Of a stretch of DNA of 26,326 bases, positions 8,972 to 18,629 are shown piece after piece. The DNA comes from Candidatus Odinarchaeota archaeon (GTDB lineage Archaea; Asgardarchaeota; Lokiarchaeia; Sigyniarchaeales; SOKP01). The position numbers were made by a program, and so were the translations under genes. Under the pieces are notes generated by a model. It saw only the letters and a program-made list of their open reading frames with translations. It ran no database searches and had not been told where the DNA came from. Positions within the stretch are counted from its first letter, which is position 1; each line of letters starts with the position of its first letter. The stretch is taken from positions 1 to 26,326 of the forward strand of contig JBHLQA010000001.1 in NCBI GenBank assembly GCA_048885285.1, written 5' to 3'.

Positions 8972-9235
8972 TTGGGACAACTATGATTGATTAATAGCGT
9001 CATCGAGGGCACATATGATTATATGTGATTATGTAGCGCAAGGGTACGCTTACACTTGAGTTGATTAATCAGTAATTTTCCTGAACAAATGGGCTCTTAA
9101 CCTAGCAATGGTATATACCAATCGCAATGAAGTTTGAGTCAGTACCCAGACAGGAAACATGATTATGTCCCAAAAAGGCATATAAATTAAACGCCTAGCA
9201 CGAGAGAGCTATTTTGATTTTATGGAAAATCCATT
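8972..9235. ncRNA. Putative structured non-coding RNA of unknown family
   Basis: ~39% GC (93/240 hand-counted, 8971-9210) in an AT-rich convergent intergenic gap with no ORF of 60 aa or more. Closing helix TTGGGACA(8972-8979)/TGTCCCAA(9166-9173) plus at least five internal hairpins. Confidence 0.55.
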
Positions 9236-9287
9236 AAATGAGAAATAAGAGTTAGTGTTTTAGGCAACAATAATATGCTGATTTCAG

Positions 9288-9758
9288 CTATAGCATACCA
9301 ATAGAATCAGATCTAAATAATTCCTTCATTTCTTTACCAAGCTCTGCTTGATCAGATTGTAGATACCTTCTTAAAATAGATTCAAGCATAGGACCCCATT
9401 TTTTCATAATTGCTCGTATAAATCCTATTTGTGCATTTTTATCTGCAACAATACACAAAACTCCTTTACCAACTTTCATAGAAAAGATCATTCCTTCAAG
9501 ATATTCTGTAATTTGAAGATTAATAGCTCCATAACCCAGAATATGGCCTTGTTCCTCACCAGCAACGAAAACAGCACCACCTATAGCACCAATTTTCTCT
9601 ACAGAGATCCCATCACTATCAGAAAATTTAAATTTAGATTGACTTAAAATTGTTATTCCTGTATCATCTGTTAATAGAGCATACTTTAATCCGGGTGCAC
9701 TATTGATAATTTTGATTAAAATCTTTTTTAATCTAATCTCGTCCTCGGAATAATTCAA
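9288..9758 (-). CDS. Roadblock/LC7 (LAMTOR2/MglB-like) domain protein
   Basis: Pattern helix-LKYALLTDDTGITILS-VEKIGAIGGAVFVAGEEQG-ITEYLEGMIFSMKVGKGVLCIVADKNAQIGFIRAIMKK is the classical roadblock fold. Confidence 0.88.
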   Translation of the reverse strand: MNYSEDEIRLKKILIKIINSAPGLKYALLTDDTGITILSQSKFKFSDSDGISVEKIGAIGGAVFVAGEEQGHILGYGAINLQITEYLEGMIFSMKVGKGVLCIVADKNAQIGFIRAIMKKWGPMLESILRRYLQSDQAELGKEMKELFRSDSIGML

Positions 9759-9966
9759 TTATACATCAACCCATATTTTAATAATCTTATATTAACAGTA
9801 TCTTTAAGTTTAAAATCTATTTATTTAAACTTATCTTAATATTTTTAGCTTAATTCTGCTTTAGATAAAGAAGAAATTTTAAATATAAAAATGTTAGTTA
9901 AGTATCTAATTTTCTACGGGGTGCGATAAAAGATAATTTTAAACTCTTTTTCAGGAAGAATGTTCT

Positions 9967-10344
9967 CTAAAAAAGTTCTTGAGACTTAATTAAAGATTTT
10001 AATAGCTTTATACGACTCTTATTTTCCTTAGATTTTTCTAACAAAATCATTAGCTTATAATTCTTTGATTTATCTAAATCTCGTTTAACTTTAATCAGCT
10101 GAGAATCTTCTATAAAATCGCGATTCTTCGTAATCGCAGATAAGGCTAATGTATTTTCGAGAACCCATAATTTCTTTGAGATTTTTGAAGCAACTGGAAA
10201 ACCATGTCTGTCGGTTATGATACCTGCAACAAAATTAGGAAAGTTTTTTTCTATTCTATACAAGAAATACTTAACTTCACTCTCGTTTATTAGACTATCC
10301 AATAATACTACACCTAATGCATCAAATTGATTTAATATAATCAA
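9967..10344 (-). CDS. Divergent Roadblock-like protein
   Basis: EVKYFLYRIEKNFPNFVAGIITDRHGFPVASKI...ENTLALSA matches the first half of a roadblock domain; the C-terminal half is atypical. Confidence 0.55.
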   Translation of the reverse strand: MIILNQFDALGVVLLDSLINESEVKYFLYRIEKNFPNFVAGIITDRHGFPVASKISKKLWVLENTLALSAITKNRDFIEDSQLIKVKRDLDKSKNYKLMILLEKSKENKSRIKLLKSLIKSQELF

Positions 10345-10527
10345 GTTGATAGATTCTCATTAAATGTTATAATATGAAGATAATATCATTATCAAATCAA
10401 AAAAAGCATATAATAGTGAAATTAGGCATCAAACCTATGATATTGAGGATATTTAAGGGATTGACTATTATGCTATGATGAATTATAATTATTCTTCTAT
10501 AAGAATAATGAAAATTAAATTTTTTAA

Positions 10528-11505
10528 TTATTTAGGGTCTTTTTTTAATGATATACCTAAATTAAGATGCTCTACGAGCTCGCTGAAACGATTACGCACA
10601 GTAACTTCAGTAACACCACTGATTCGTGCTATTTTTCTCTGAGTTCTTCGTTCATTATTTAAAATACATGAAGCATAAATCGCAGAGGCACAAACTCCTG
10701 TTGGACCCCTTCCTGAAGTTAATCCACGCTCTTCTGCCATTCTAATTATTAATTTCGCTGTTTTTTGACATTTTGCCGGTAACTTTAATTCCGAACTAAA
10801 TCTCGTGAGATAATCCATAGGTCTAGTAGGATTTAATTCAAGTGATAATTCAATTGAAATAAATCTAAAAGAACGTCCAATTTCTTTCTTGTCAACACGA
10901 GCTACTTCAGCAATTTCATTCAAAGTTCGTGGAATTTTATACATCCTGCAAGCTGCATATAAACTTGCAGCAGCTACACCCTCTATACTTCTACCACGAA
11001 TTAAATGGGCTTCAACTGCATCTCGATATATTTTTGCGGAACATTCTCGTAAATTTTTCTGAAGATCTAAATTGGAGGCCATTCTATCAAGTTCACTTAG
11101 AGCAAATGTAAGATTTCTCTCAGTTGCATCAGATACTCTTATACGACTTTGCCATTTACGCAATCTATATATTTGACCTCTTAATTTGGCGGGTATTTCT
11201 TTTCCAAAAATATCTCTATTTTTCCAATCTATCATTGTACTGAGCCCTTTATCGTGTATCATATATGTCATTGGGGCACCAGTTCTAGTTCTCTTTTTTT
11301 TCTGATCTGCATCAAATGCCCTCCATTCTGGTCCACAATCTATATACTTTTCTGAATGAACTAAACCGCACTTTTCACAAACTATTAATCCTCTATTTTC
11401 ATCAAAAAATATATTTTCCCCACATTCAGAACATATATCATTTTCAAAAGTTATGAATTCTTCTGTTTCTGATTTCACTTCTTTCCAATTAGAAATATAC
11501 GACAC
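10528..11505 (-). CDS. tfb: Transcription initiation factor IIB (TFB)
   Basis: Zn ribbon CSECG...CEKCG, B-reader GPEWRAF, RLRKWQ..R, two cyclin folds ([14 protein letters not shown]; [13 protein letters not shown]), VTEVTVRNR. Confidence 0.98.
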   Translation of the reverse strand: MSYISNWKEVKSETEEFITFENDICSECGENIFFDENRGLIVCEKCGLVHSEKYIDCGPEWRAFDADQKKKRTRTGAPMTYMIHDKGLSTMIDWKNRDIFGKEIPAKLRGQIYRLRKWQSRIRVSDATERNLTFALSELDRMASNLDLQKNLRECSAKIYRDAVEAHLIRGRSIEGVAAASLYAACRMYKIPRTLNEIAEVARVDKKEIGRSFRFISIELSLELNPTRPMDYLTRFSSELKLPAKCQKTAKLIIRMAEERGLTSGRGPTGVCASAIYASCILNNERRTQRKIARISGVTEVTVRNRFSELVEHLNLGISLKKDPK

Positions 11506-11551
11506 CTTTTTTAATAATTATAATCTTACATTAATGAAATTCTTAAGAAAA

Positions 11552-11806
11552 CTAAACTATTTTAGTATAGAATTTTTCATCAGAATTGAATGATTGGGTT
11601 TGTAGAGTTTTAACAGATATAAAGGGAAACTCTATTGGACCAAAGATATCTTTAACATATCCAATTTTTTCATACTTTGCATTATAAATTGTGCTTTTTA
11701 ATATCTTTTCTAGGTTCTTATTCCACTCCTTTGCTCTAAATATTTGATGTTTTTTAGTTGATTCTCCAATATAGTATAAATTCAATGCAACCCAATTCTT
11801 TTTCAA
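11552..11806 (-). CDS. gar1: H/ACA RNP component Gar1/Naf1
   Basis: KIGYVKDIFGPIEFPFISVK motif; position directly upstream of tfb, as in many archaea. Confidence 0.85.
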   Translation of the reverse strand: MKKNWVALNLYYIGESTKKHQIFRAKEWNKNLEKILKSTIYNAKYEKIGYVKDIFGPIEFPFISVKTLQTQSFNSDEKFYTKIV

Positions 11807-11971
11807 CGAATCCCCTTATAGAGAGATTAAATTTAAAACTAAAGTAAATGATGGTAGGTAATATTTAAATATAATGTTTTTTAAATGATTTTGGACAAAA
11901 ATGGTTATTAGTCATATAATAAATTAATAATAATATAATAAGAAGTCTATGTAGCAACAATTTTTTACTTT

Positions 11972-13093
11972 TTAGTAAAAATTTTTTGTCATACTATAAT
12001 TTCTTTTACAATCACATTCATATTCTTGTTCTTCTAGCTCAGTTATATCTTGGGTTAAAACAAAGTTTTTAAGTTTCTTTTTTGCGGAATTCTCACATTT
12101 TCTCTTTAAACAATTATGGATTCCTCTTTTTGTACCAGCTCCCGAAGGATCACATAATAATCGTATATTGTTTAATCCACCTTCATTAATAGATTTTTTA
12201 ATACATTTAAATAACGAATAAAACCATGGTGGGCGATATCTATTCTGAAACCATAAATATTCTGTAAGGGTACCTTTTTGAATATTCATTGGGTTAATTG
12301 AAATAGAATTTACTCCCAAATTTTTTAATATCTGTATTGAATTAGTGCAATCGTCAATTGCCGCTTGTTCATTTAAAAATAATGGTTTAAACAATAAATA
12401 TACTTTCACTCCAATGCCCATGTCTTTACACTTTTTCAAGGCATCTCTGAAATCTTTAAATAATAAACCTTTATTAATATAATTATTTCTTATATAATCA
12501 TCTACAGTTTCAAGTCCAATGGCAATTTCAAAGTGCTTTTTTCCAAAAAATTCTGAAATTTCCTCTAATTTTTCTTTAGTAATATATTCCACACGTGATT
12601 CAATAACTACTTCCTTAATTTTATCTAATTTTGAAATTTTTTTATAAATGTAGGTTCTAACTTTTTCAGGTATTTCTTTTTCATCTAAAAAACTACCAGA
12701 ATTGAATAATTTAAAAACAAAATTATCTGTATCTTTCTTTATTTCATTAATCTTATCATTAAATGCATAATCAAATTGTTCAATAAGATCAGCAATAGGT
12801 ACATCAGCATTGTTGGCATCTAAATAATATCCACACATAGAACATCCTCCATATTTGCTTAATGCCCAACTACATCCTCGCGTCCGTAAAATAATTGTGA
12901 ATGTCTTCCCAATTTCATTTAATAACCTATCACCTTTTATCCAATAACTTATTGGTCTTGAAAGTTGTTCTTTGCTGTAAATATTTTTCCGTTTATAAGC
13001 ATCTTGTTTGATCGAATTAATTTTATCGATTAAATATGTATCATCTTCCAAAAGATTATTATGCTGTTTCATAGATTTTTGCAATTCTCCCAT
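11972..13093 (-). CDS. raSEA: Archaeosine biosynthesis radical SAM protein RaSEA (TIGR01210-like)
   Basis: TIILRTRGCSWALSKYGGCSMCGY, FNSGSFLD, IESRVEYI, AIGLET, YLLFKPLFL, YRPPWFYS; adjacent to arcS. The start may be the ATG at 13072. Confidence 0.9.
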   Translation of the reverse strand: MGELQKSMKQHNNLLEDDTYLIDKINSIKQDAYKRKNIYSKEQLSRPISYWIKGDRLLNEIGKTFTIILRTRGCSWALSKYGGCSMCGYYLDANNADVPIADLIEQFDYAFNDKINEIKKDTDNFVFKLFNSGSFLDEKEIPEKVRTYIYKKISKLDKIKEVVIESRVEYITKEKLEEISEFFGKKHFEIAIGLETVDDYIRNNYINKGLLFKDFRDALKKCKDMGIGVKVYLLFKPLFLNEQAAIDDCTNSIQILKNLGVNSISINPMNIQKGTLTEYLWFQNRYRPPWFYSLFKCIKKSINEGGLNNIRLLCDPSGAGTKRGIHNCLKRKCENSAKKKLKNFVLTQDITELEEQEYECDCKRNYSMTKNFY

Positions 13094-15140
13094 TTTTAGA
13101 ATTTTTTATGAAATTAGAACTAACAATTAAGTCCCCACTTCCAATGATCTCTTTCTTTTCTTTATTAAAAATAATTACTTGACTATTTGGTATAAGATCT
13201 TGACTATATTCTAACACACCTTTTCGAAATAAGGTATTCCCTTGAATTTCCTCCCCATCGAAAATAATATAGTGAGAATTAATGGTTTGAGGAGACTGAA
13301 CTAATTTTTTAAGCCCAATAATTGATAATTTGATTTGACCTGTTGAAAAATTAAATACACCCAATTTTTCGTGAGTCTTTAAATCTCTTATATCCCTTTG
13401 ATTATTAACTTTTAGCTTATCTAGTTTTAAACCATTGGAATTAATTTTATTTCCTGAGCCAATTCCAAATTGATAATCTAAAACTTTAACAATCTTTCTA
13501 CTCCATGTTTTTGATAAATAGATTTTATTTAAATTTTCAGTTTTAACTTGATAAAAATCTTTATATTTTTTAATCAGTTCCTCTAATGATTGAAGTGATT
13601 TATTAGAAGTGGTTTTATCCTCAATTTCGGAAAAGTGAAATATATGGGGTAATTTTGAAGATGCTCTCTTAGCAATTTCAAGATATCCATTTTGTAAATG
13701 ACATATAATTGGGATATTTTTATTATATTTTTCCAATAATTTAACAATCATTTCAGATATAATATTTGTTTCTTCATTATCCCAATCACCTGTGACGGAT
13801 ATGTCGTATGCATTAACGGGATAAACATTTTCTAACTGTCTTGGTATTACTCCTAAAGGTGAAGTTAAAATAAACTCTTGAAAATTAGGAAATTCTCTAA
13901 ATTTTCTTAAAATATTGTAAAATTTTTTGTGTGATTTTGATTGTGAATAAGGTTTTTTTGCTGAACACGGTAATAGAATTATTAAATTTGTCCAAAATTC
14001 TGGTTCAAAATATTTAATTATATTTTCTCTAAAAAATTGAAAATCTGGTCTATGATATGATGAAGGACCTAGACTTTTTACTATTTTATTTTTTTGTATT
14101 AGTGGAGTTTCATATTTAAGATCTTCATAATAACTTTTATCTAATACTCTTAATATCGAAATTAAATTTATATCATCCATAGAAGATTTTTCTACAAACC
14201 CTCGAAACTCTTCATAATTCAAATACTGTTTAATCTTGTTCATGTAATTTGAAGCTGTAATCAGATTGTGTAAGCATAATAAGTCAATTTTTTCAGAGGA
14301 GTATTTATTCTCAATCTTATTTTTTAAATTATTTTTACAAACTATACACGAACAAGGAAAATATTTGATCTTGTATATAGGTAATAGATATTCTATCGTA
14401 TCATAGAAGTTTTCAGCGGATAAAAACAATGAATAGGAGCAATCAATGAGATCTATCCCTAAGTATATTAATAATGGATAATATTTTGGAATGATCCTGC
14501 CTGAGGCCATTATAATTAAGTTATTATCTAATTCTCTTTTAATCCTAGAGATTATTTTTAGCTTATTTCTAAAATTACTTAAATTATCAAAAAGGTCGAC
14601 TAAATTCAATATTTTAATATTCTCAAATTGATTTATAGTTTTTATAAATAATCCAAATAATTCAGCAAAATCAAATGTTCTTATTGATAAACCGAAATTT
14701 AAATTGGGATATTTTTTTACTATTTTTTCTACATTTTGAAGATAATTTTTTATCTCTGTTAGTGCAAATTCTTTATTAATGATAGTAGTAGGAGTATTAA
14801 ATGGAATAATTGATATTATGTTATCCTCCGTGAAAATTATATTATTTTTTTCTAATATATCTTGAAATTTCTGATTTGTTCCTGGATAAGTGAAGATAAA
14901 TCCATTATTTTTAAATTTCTCTCGCAGAAATCCAATTTTCAAGAAAAATTCTTTTGAAATAGTGAAAATCTTATGATTCTCAAACTCTTGAATAAAGTTT
15001 AATTGTTTCATTAATGCACTTTTTATAGGAATGATTAAATTAGGCGTCGAAATATATAATTTTCGTTCTTTAGAAAATAGAATTCGCCCAATTCTAGAAT
15101 AACCAATCTTAGAGGCTAAAACTTCAAATAGATACGTCAT
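13059..15140 (-). CDS. arcS: Archaeosine synthase ArcS (degenerate TGT domain, DUF5591-like domain, PUA domain)
   Basis: LCLHNL, RGFVE, ILLPCSAKKPYSQSKSH, TSPLGVIPRQLE..YP...YDISVTGDW; C-terminal PUA (NTLFRKGV...GSG). Confidence 0.9.
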   Translation of the reverse strand: MTYLFEVLASKIGYSRIGRILFSKERKLYISTPNLIIPIKSALMKQLNFIQEFENHKIFTISKEFFLKIGFLREKFKNNGFIFTYPGTNQKFQDILEKNNIIFTEDNIISIIPFNTPTTIINKEFALTEIKNYLQNVEKIVKKYPNLNFGLSIRTFDFAELFGLFIKTINQFENIKILNLVDLFDNLSNFRNKLKIISRIKRELDNNLIIMASGRIIPKYYPLLIYLGIDLIDCSYSLFLSAENFYDTIEYLLPIYKIKYFPCSCIVCKNNLKNKIENKYSSEKIDLLCLHNLITASNYMNKIKQYLNYEEFRGFVEKSSMDDINLISILRVLDKSYYEDLKYETPLIQKNKIVKSLGPSSYHRPDFQFFRENIIKYFEPEFWTNLIILLPCSAKKPYSQSKSHKKFYNILRKFREFPNFQEFILTSPLGVIPRQLENVYPVNAYDISVTGDWDNEETNIISEMIVKLLEKYNKNIPIICHLQNGYLEIAKRASSKLPHIFHFSEIEDKTTSNKSLQSLEELIKKYKDFYQVKTENLNKIYLSKTWSRKIVKVLDYQFGIGSGNKINSNGLKLDKLKVNNQRDIRDLKTHEKLGVFNFSTGQIKLSIIGLKKLVQSPQTINSHYIIFDGEEIQGNTLFRKGVLEYSQDLIPNSQVIIFNKEKKEIIGSGDLIVSSNFIKNSKNGRIAKIYETA

Positions 15141-15299
15141 ATCTTCATAAAAGAGTATTATTTAGTAATATTTATTTTTTAACTTTAAATTATGAAATCT
15201 CTCAAAATTATTAAGAATTTATGAATTTTATTTGAATGAAATCTTAAATTAATATTTTGTAAGACTTTAAATGTTTAATAGTCTTTTCAATAATTTGGT

Positions 15300-16253
15300 C
15301 TAAAACAATAAGAAATTTATATATGATTTTAATTCATCTAGAACAAAATTTGTATACGTGTCTTCTATTTCTTCCGTACTATATAAATCTCTTATAAATG
15401 AAGCATAATCTTCTATTTTTTTTACTCTCACAATTGCAAAGAGTCCATATTGCTCACCTATTCGAAATAAATCAGTAATATTCTTGTTCATATCCAATTT
15501 GAAGGCAAGCTCGCTATATTTGGATGGATCTTTTGGTTTAATTCGAAGGAGATATTTTCCTTCAATTCCTATTTTTTTTGGACAAAAATTAATAGTATAA
15601 TTTAAAATAGCATCTTGTTCTTCGAGTTTTTTAATTCTGTTATGAATAGTTGATTGAGATATTTCATTCTGAAGTTTCTCTTCAAATATATTTCTTATCT
15701 CATAAGTGGATATTGGTTTAAGTCCTTGATTCTCTCGGAGTATATTTAAAATTTTATAATCAATATCGTCTAATTTGGTCACTTTTAAATTTTTAAGGCT
15801 AATTCCATTAGTTTTAAATATTTTTATAGTGTCAATAATTTGATATTTTTTAAAGTATGACTTTGCCATTATTTTATCAATATTATTTAAGATTTGATAG
15901 TATTCTTCAGGAGATTTAAAGACAAATAAGGCAAATAATGAAAAATCTCCAATAATTCCATCCAACATTCTTAGTTGAGGTATATCTAATAATTCTTTTA
16001 CTAGCTTAGGTTCTTTTGGATTGGTTTTGATTTCCATCATTACATATTTCAAGGCATTTGGACGTATATTTGGATTAATATTTATTGTAAAATTTTTAAT
16101 TATTTTTTGAACTCTCAAACTATCAAGTTTATTTTGATAGGTCTGCCTAGAGACTCCAAGCGCACGTGAATTTTTTGAAATTATAAATTTAGTTTTTCCA
16201 CTTAAGTTTTTTATAAATTTTTGGGCTTCTACTTGATCTATAATATTATTCAA
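15300..16253 (-). CDS. Lrp/AsnC-family regulator with duplicated HTH-RAM units, divergent from ahcY
   Basis: LGVSRQTYQNKLDSL and LDDIDYKILNILRENQ...ISQSTIHNRIKKLEEQDAILNYTI, each followed by RAM-like beta/alpha segments. Confidence 0.85.
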   Translation of the reverse strand: MNNIIDQVEAQKFIKNLSGKTKFIISKNSRALGVSRQTYQNKLDSLRVQKIIKNFTININPNIRPNALKYVMMEIKTNPKEPKLVKELLDIPQLRMLDGIIGDFSLFALFVFKSPEEYYQILNNIDKIMAKSYFKKYQIIDTIKIFKTNGISLKNLKVTKLDDIDYKILNILRENQGLKPISTYEIRNIFEEKLQNEISQSTIHNRIKKLEEQDAILNYTINFCPKKIGIEGKYLLRIKPKDPSKYSELAFKLDMNKNITDLFRIGEQYGLFAIVRVKKIEDYASFIRDLYSTEEIEDTYTNFVLDELKSYINFLLF

Positions 16254-16330
16254 ATTATGAAAATTTTCTAATTATTTATCTTATTAATAATTAAATGTAA
16301 AATATTATATATAAATTAATTGCACTTGAC

Positions 16331-16348
16331 CAAAAAAAGCTTTATAAA
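16331..16348 (+). promoter_or_regulatory. Candidate BRE + TATA box for ahcY
   Basis: CAAAAAAAGC followed by TTTATAAA (16341-16348), ~45 nt upstream of the ahcY ATG. AT-rich background makes chance matches common. Confidence 0.35.
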
Positions 16349-16390
16349 TTAATTAAAACTAATAATCTTACAAAAAACAAAGTGATTTAA

Positions 16391-17659
16391 ATGGTCAATT
16401 ATAAAGTAGCTGATGAAGGTCTAGCAGAAAAAGGAAAAGAAGCACTATATATCGCAGAAAGTAAAATGCATGTCACTGCTAAAATTATTCGTGAAAGATT
16501 TCAAAAAGAAAAACCACTAAAGGATATAACAATAGCAGGATGTTTACATGTTACTAAGGAAACAGGCAATTTAGCACGAACTCTTAAAGCTGGCGGTGCC
16601 GAAGTCTATCTGTGCGGTAGCAACCCTTTATCAACTCAGGATGATGTAGCTGCAGCATTAATAAAGGAAGGAATTAATGTTTTTGCTTGGCACGGTAATA
16701 CTGATGAAGAATTCTATTGGTGTATAAGGCAATGTTTAGATGCCAAACCAAACATCTTAATTGATGATGGAGGTGATATGATAGTCACTGCCCATCAAGA
16801 ATATGAAAATCTAATAAATTCAGATATCATTCTTGCCTGTCAGGAAGAAACTACCACTGGAGTTAAAAGATTCAAAGCAATGGACAAACAAGGAGTATTA
16901 AAAGTGCCATTATTTCCTGTTAATGATGCTCGATGTAAGAATCAATTTGATAATGAATTGGGTACAGGTCAAGGTATAGTCTCTGCAATTTATGGAATGC
17001 ATGTTCTTTTTGCTGGTAAAGTTTGTACGATATGTGGATTTGGTCATTGTAGCAGTGGAATGGCGTTGAGAGCTCGCGGTTTAGGTGCAAATGTAATTGT
17101 AACTGAAGTTGATCCGATTAAAGCTCTCCAAGCTAAATTTGCAGGATATCAAGTTATGCCTATAGCAGATGCTTTGCCTATTGCTGATATTATCCTAACA
17201 GCTACGGGCTGCAAGCATGTGATTCCCCCAACGAAAGAGATTTTTGATAAGTTCAAGAATGGAGTCATTCTCGGTAATCTCGGACATTTTGATATTGAAG
17301 TGCCAACCAAGGAACTTTATGAATACGCTAAGGAAATTAAACCTATTCGTAATGATGTTGAAGAATTAATCTTCCCCAACGGTAAAAGAGTTTATTTGCT
17401 GGCAAAGGGCCGTTTAGCCAACTTAGTGTTGTCAGAAGGTCATCCAGCTGAAGTTATGGATATGTCGTTTGGTCTTCAATCACTAATGTCCGAATATATC
17501 GTTAAAAACAAAGATAAATTAAAGCAAGGAATGATTGATGTTCCAGTAGAGATAGATAACATGGTTGGCATCTTAAAACTTCAATCTATGGGCGTTGAGA
17601 TTGATAAATTAACAGAGGAGCAATATAACTATATTCATGGTTTTCTTGAGGGAACTTAA
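16391..17659 (+). CDS. ahcY: Adenosylhomocysteinase (SAH hydrolase)
   Basis: GCLHVTKET, GSNPLSTQDDVAAAL, DDGGD, EETTTGV, KNQFDNELGTGQ, GHFDIE, GRLANL..SEGHPAEVMDMSF. Confidence 0.98.
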   Translation: MVNYKVADEGLAEKGKEALYIAESKMHVTAKIIRERFQKEKPLKDITIAGCLHVTKETGNLARTLKAGGAEVYLCGSNPLSTQDDVAAALIKEGINVFAWHGNTDEEFYWCIRQCLDAKPNILIDDGGDMIVTAHQEYENLINSDIILACQEETTTGVKRFKAMDKQGVLKVPLFPVNDARCKNQFDNELGTGQGIVSAIYGMHVLFAGKVCTICGFGHCSSGMALRARGLGANVIVTEVDPIKALQAKFAGYQVMPIADALPIADIILTATGCKHVIPPTKEIFDKFKNGVILGNLGHFDIEVPTKELYEYAKEIKPIRNDVEELIFPNGKRVYLLAKGRLANLVLSEGHPAEVMDMSFGLQSLMSEYIVKNKDKLKQGMIDVPVEIDNMVGILKLQSMGVEIDKLTEEQYNYIHGFLEGT

Positions 17660-17805
17660 GTAATTACATATTTATATTTTTTTCTTTATTCTAGAAAATA
17701 TTAAGGATTAATCTCATAAACATTATTCAATAATTTCACCAATTTTTTCTATGGATTTTTGCGTCTTTTAAAGTTAATTCTTTAAAATCAAAATAAATAA
17801 TAATC

Positions 17806-17915
17806 TAAATTATTATTTTGAACGTTTCTGTTTATTATTTCAAGATAATATAATATAAAAATCCTAATCCTCTTGGGATTGCTTTCCACCCGCTTTCTGT
17901 AATCATGAGAAAAAA
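17806..17915 (+). repeat. Direct repeat copy 1 (contains orphan 3' end of the arsR-like gene on the minus strand)
   Basis: 110 bp with 8 mismatches versus 21936-22045; minus strand reads FFLMITESGWKAIPRGLGFLYYIILK*. Confidence 0.92.
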
Positions 17916-17969
17916 ATATATCCATTTTTGTTTCATTAGAAACAAAATAAAAAGAAAAAAAAAAATTAC

Positions 17970-18572
17970 TTATAGTTTTTGTTCATCACTGATGCATGGA
18001 TGAGACCTCATATCAAAATGAGGAGATTCGGACAATTCCTCATTATTTTCTCCATTTTCATGCAACTCCTTGAACTGTTCACCTATTGCATACATCCAAT
18101 CAGCGATTTTAACATTTAAAGGAGAATCATACGAGGGTAGATGAGGTTTGATATCTAATACTGGTGATTCATTTATTGCATCTAACCCTTCAACGATAAG
18201 AATATTATCTTTGCATTCAAGAAGTCTTACTGAGATAAGTGCGAGAGGATTCGGTCTAACAGGAGATCTCGTAGCAAAAATTCCCTTTATAGGCATTGAT
18301 TTGAGCCCCGCTGGGTGCACTTTTTTAATACTTCGAGCACTATCCGGTGTTTTATGCGTCCAATAAATTATCATCAGATGGGAAAAATCTTCGATTCCAT
18401 CCAAGCATTCCAGATATTCATCATATATGAGGATCTCAGAAATATCAAAAGCATGTCTGGATGATTTAATTCTTTTACGATCCAATTCAATATCTTTATT
18501 ATTATATTTGAGTATTTCAGCATCTACTTTATTTTTTACAATTCCTATCGGTCTAATAATACATTCTTTCAT
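17970..18572 (-). CDS. tsaA: TsaA/TrmO-family SAM-binding protein (tRNA m6t6A37 methyltransferase-like)
   Basis: IRPIGIV, LDGIEDFSHLMIIYWTH, GIFATRSPVRPNPLALISV, GLDAINESPVLDIKP. Confidence 0.9.
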   Translation of the reverse strand: MKECIIRPIGIVKNKVDAEILKYNNKDIELDRKRIKSSRHAFDISEILIYDEYLECLDGIEDFSHLMIIYWTHKTPDSARSIKKVHPAGLKSMPIKGIFATRSPVRPNPLALISVRLLECKDNILIVEGLDAINESPVLDIKPHLPSYDSPLNVKIADWMYAIGEQFKELHENGENNEELSESPHFDMRSHPCISDEQKL

Positions 18573-18629
18573 ATTTATTTCACCAATTTTTTTAATTAAC
18601 TTAAATTATTTTTTTAAAAGAAAAATTTT

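Noticed and set aside
9091-9150. Partial resemblance to SAM-I (GGCTCTTAACCTAGCAA) and cobalamin (GAGTCAGTACC) riboswitch motifs, and to SRP/RNase P RNAs
   Set aside because: Other required conserved segments are missing, and the position between two gene 3' ends does not suit a 5' leader.
8972-9173. Functional SECIS element for the upstream gene
   Set aside because: The UGAU/UGAU core is present, but the enclosed region is ~170 nt rather than a short helix with an AA loop, and neither flanking gene has an in-frame TGA.
9066-9182. 38-codon minus-strand ORF MPFWDIIMFPVWVLTQTSLRLVYTIARLRAHLFRKITD
   Set aside because: No motif or evident start context; the dense base-pairing is better explained by RNA structure. 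Not formally excluded.
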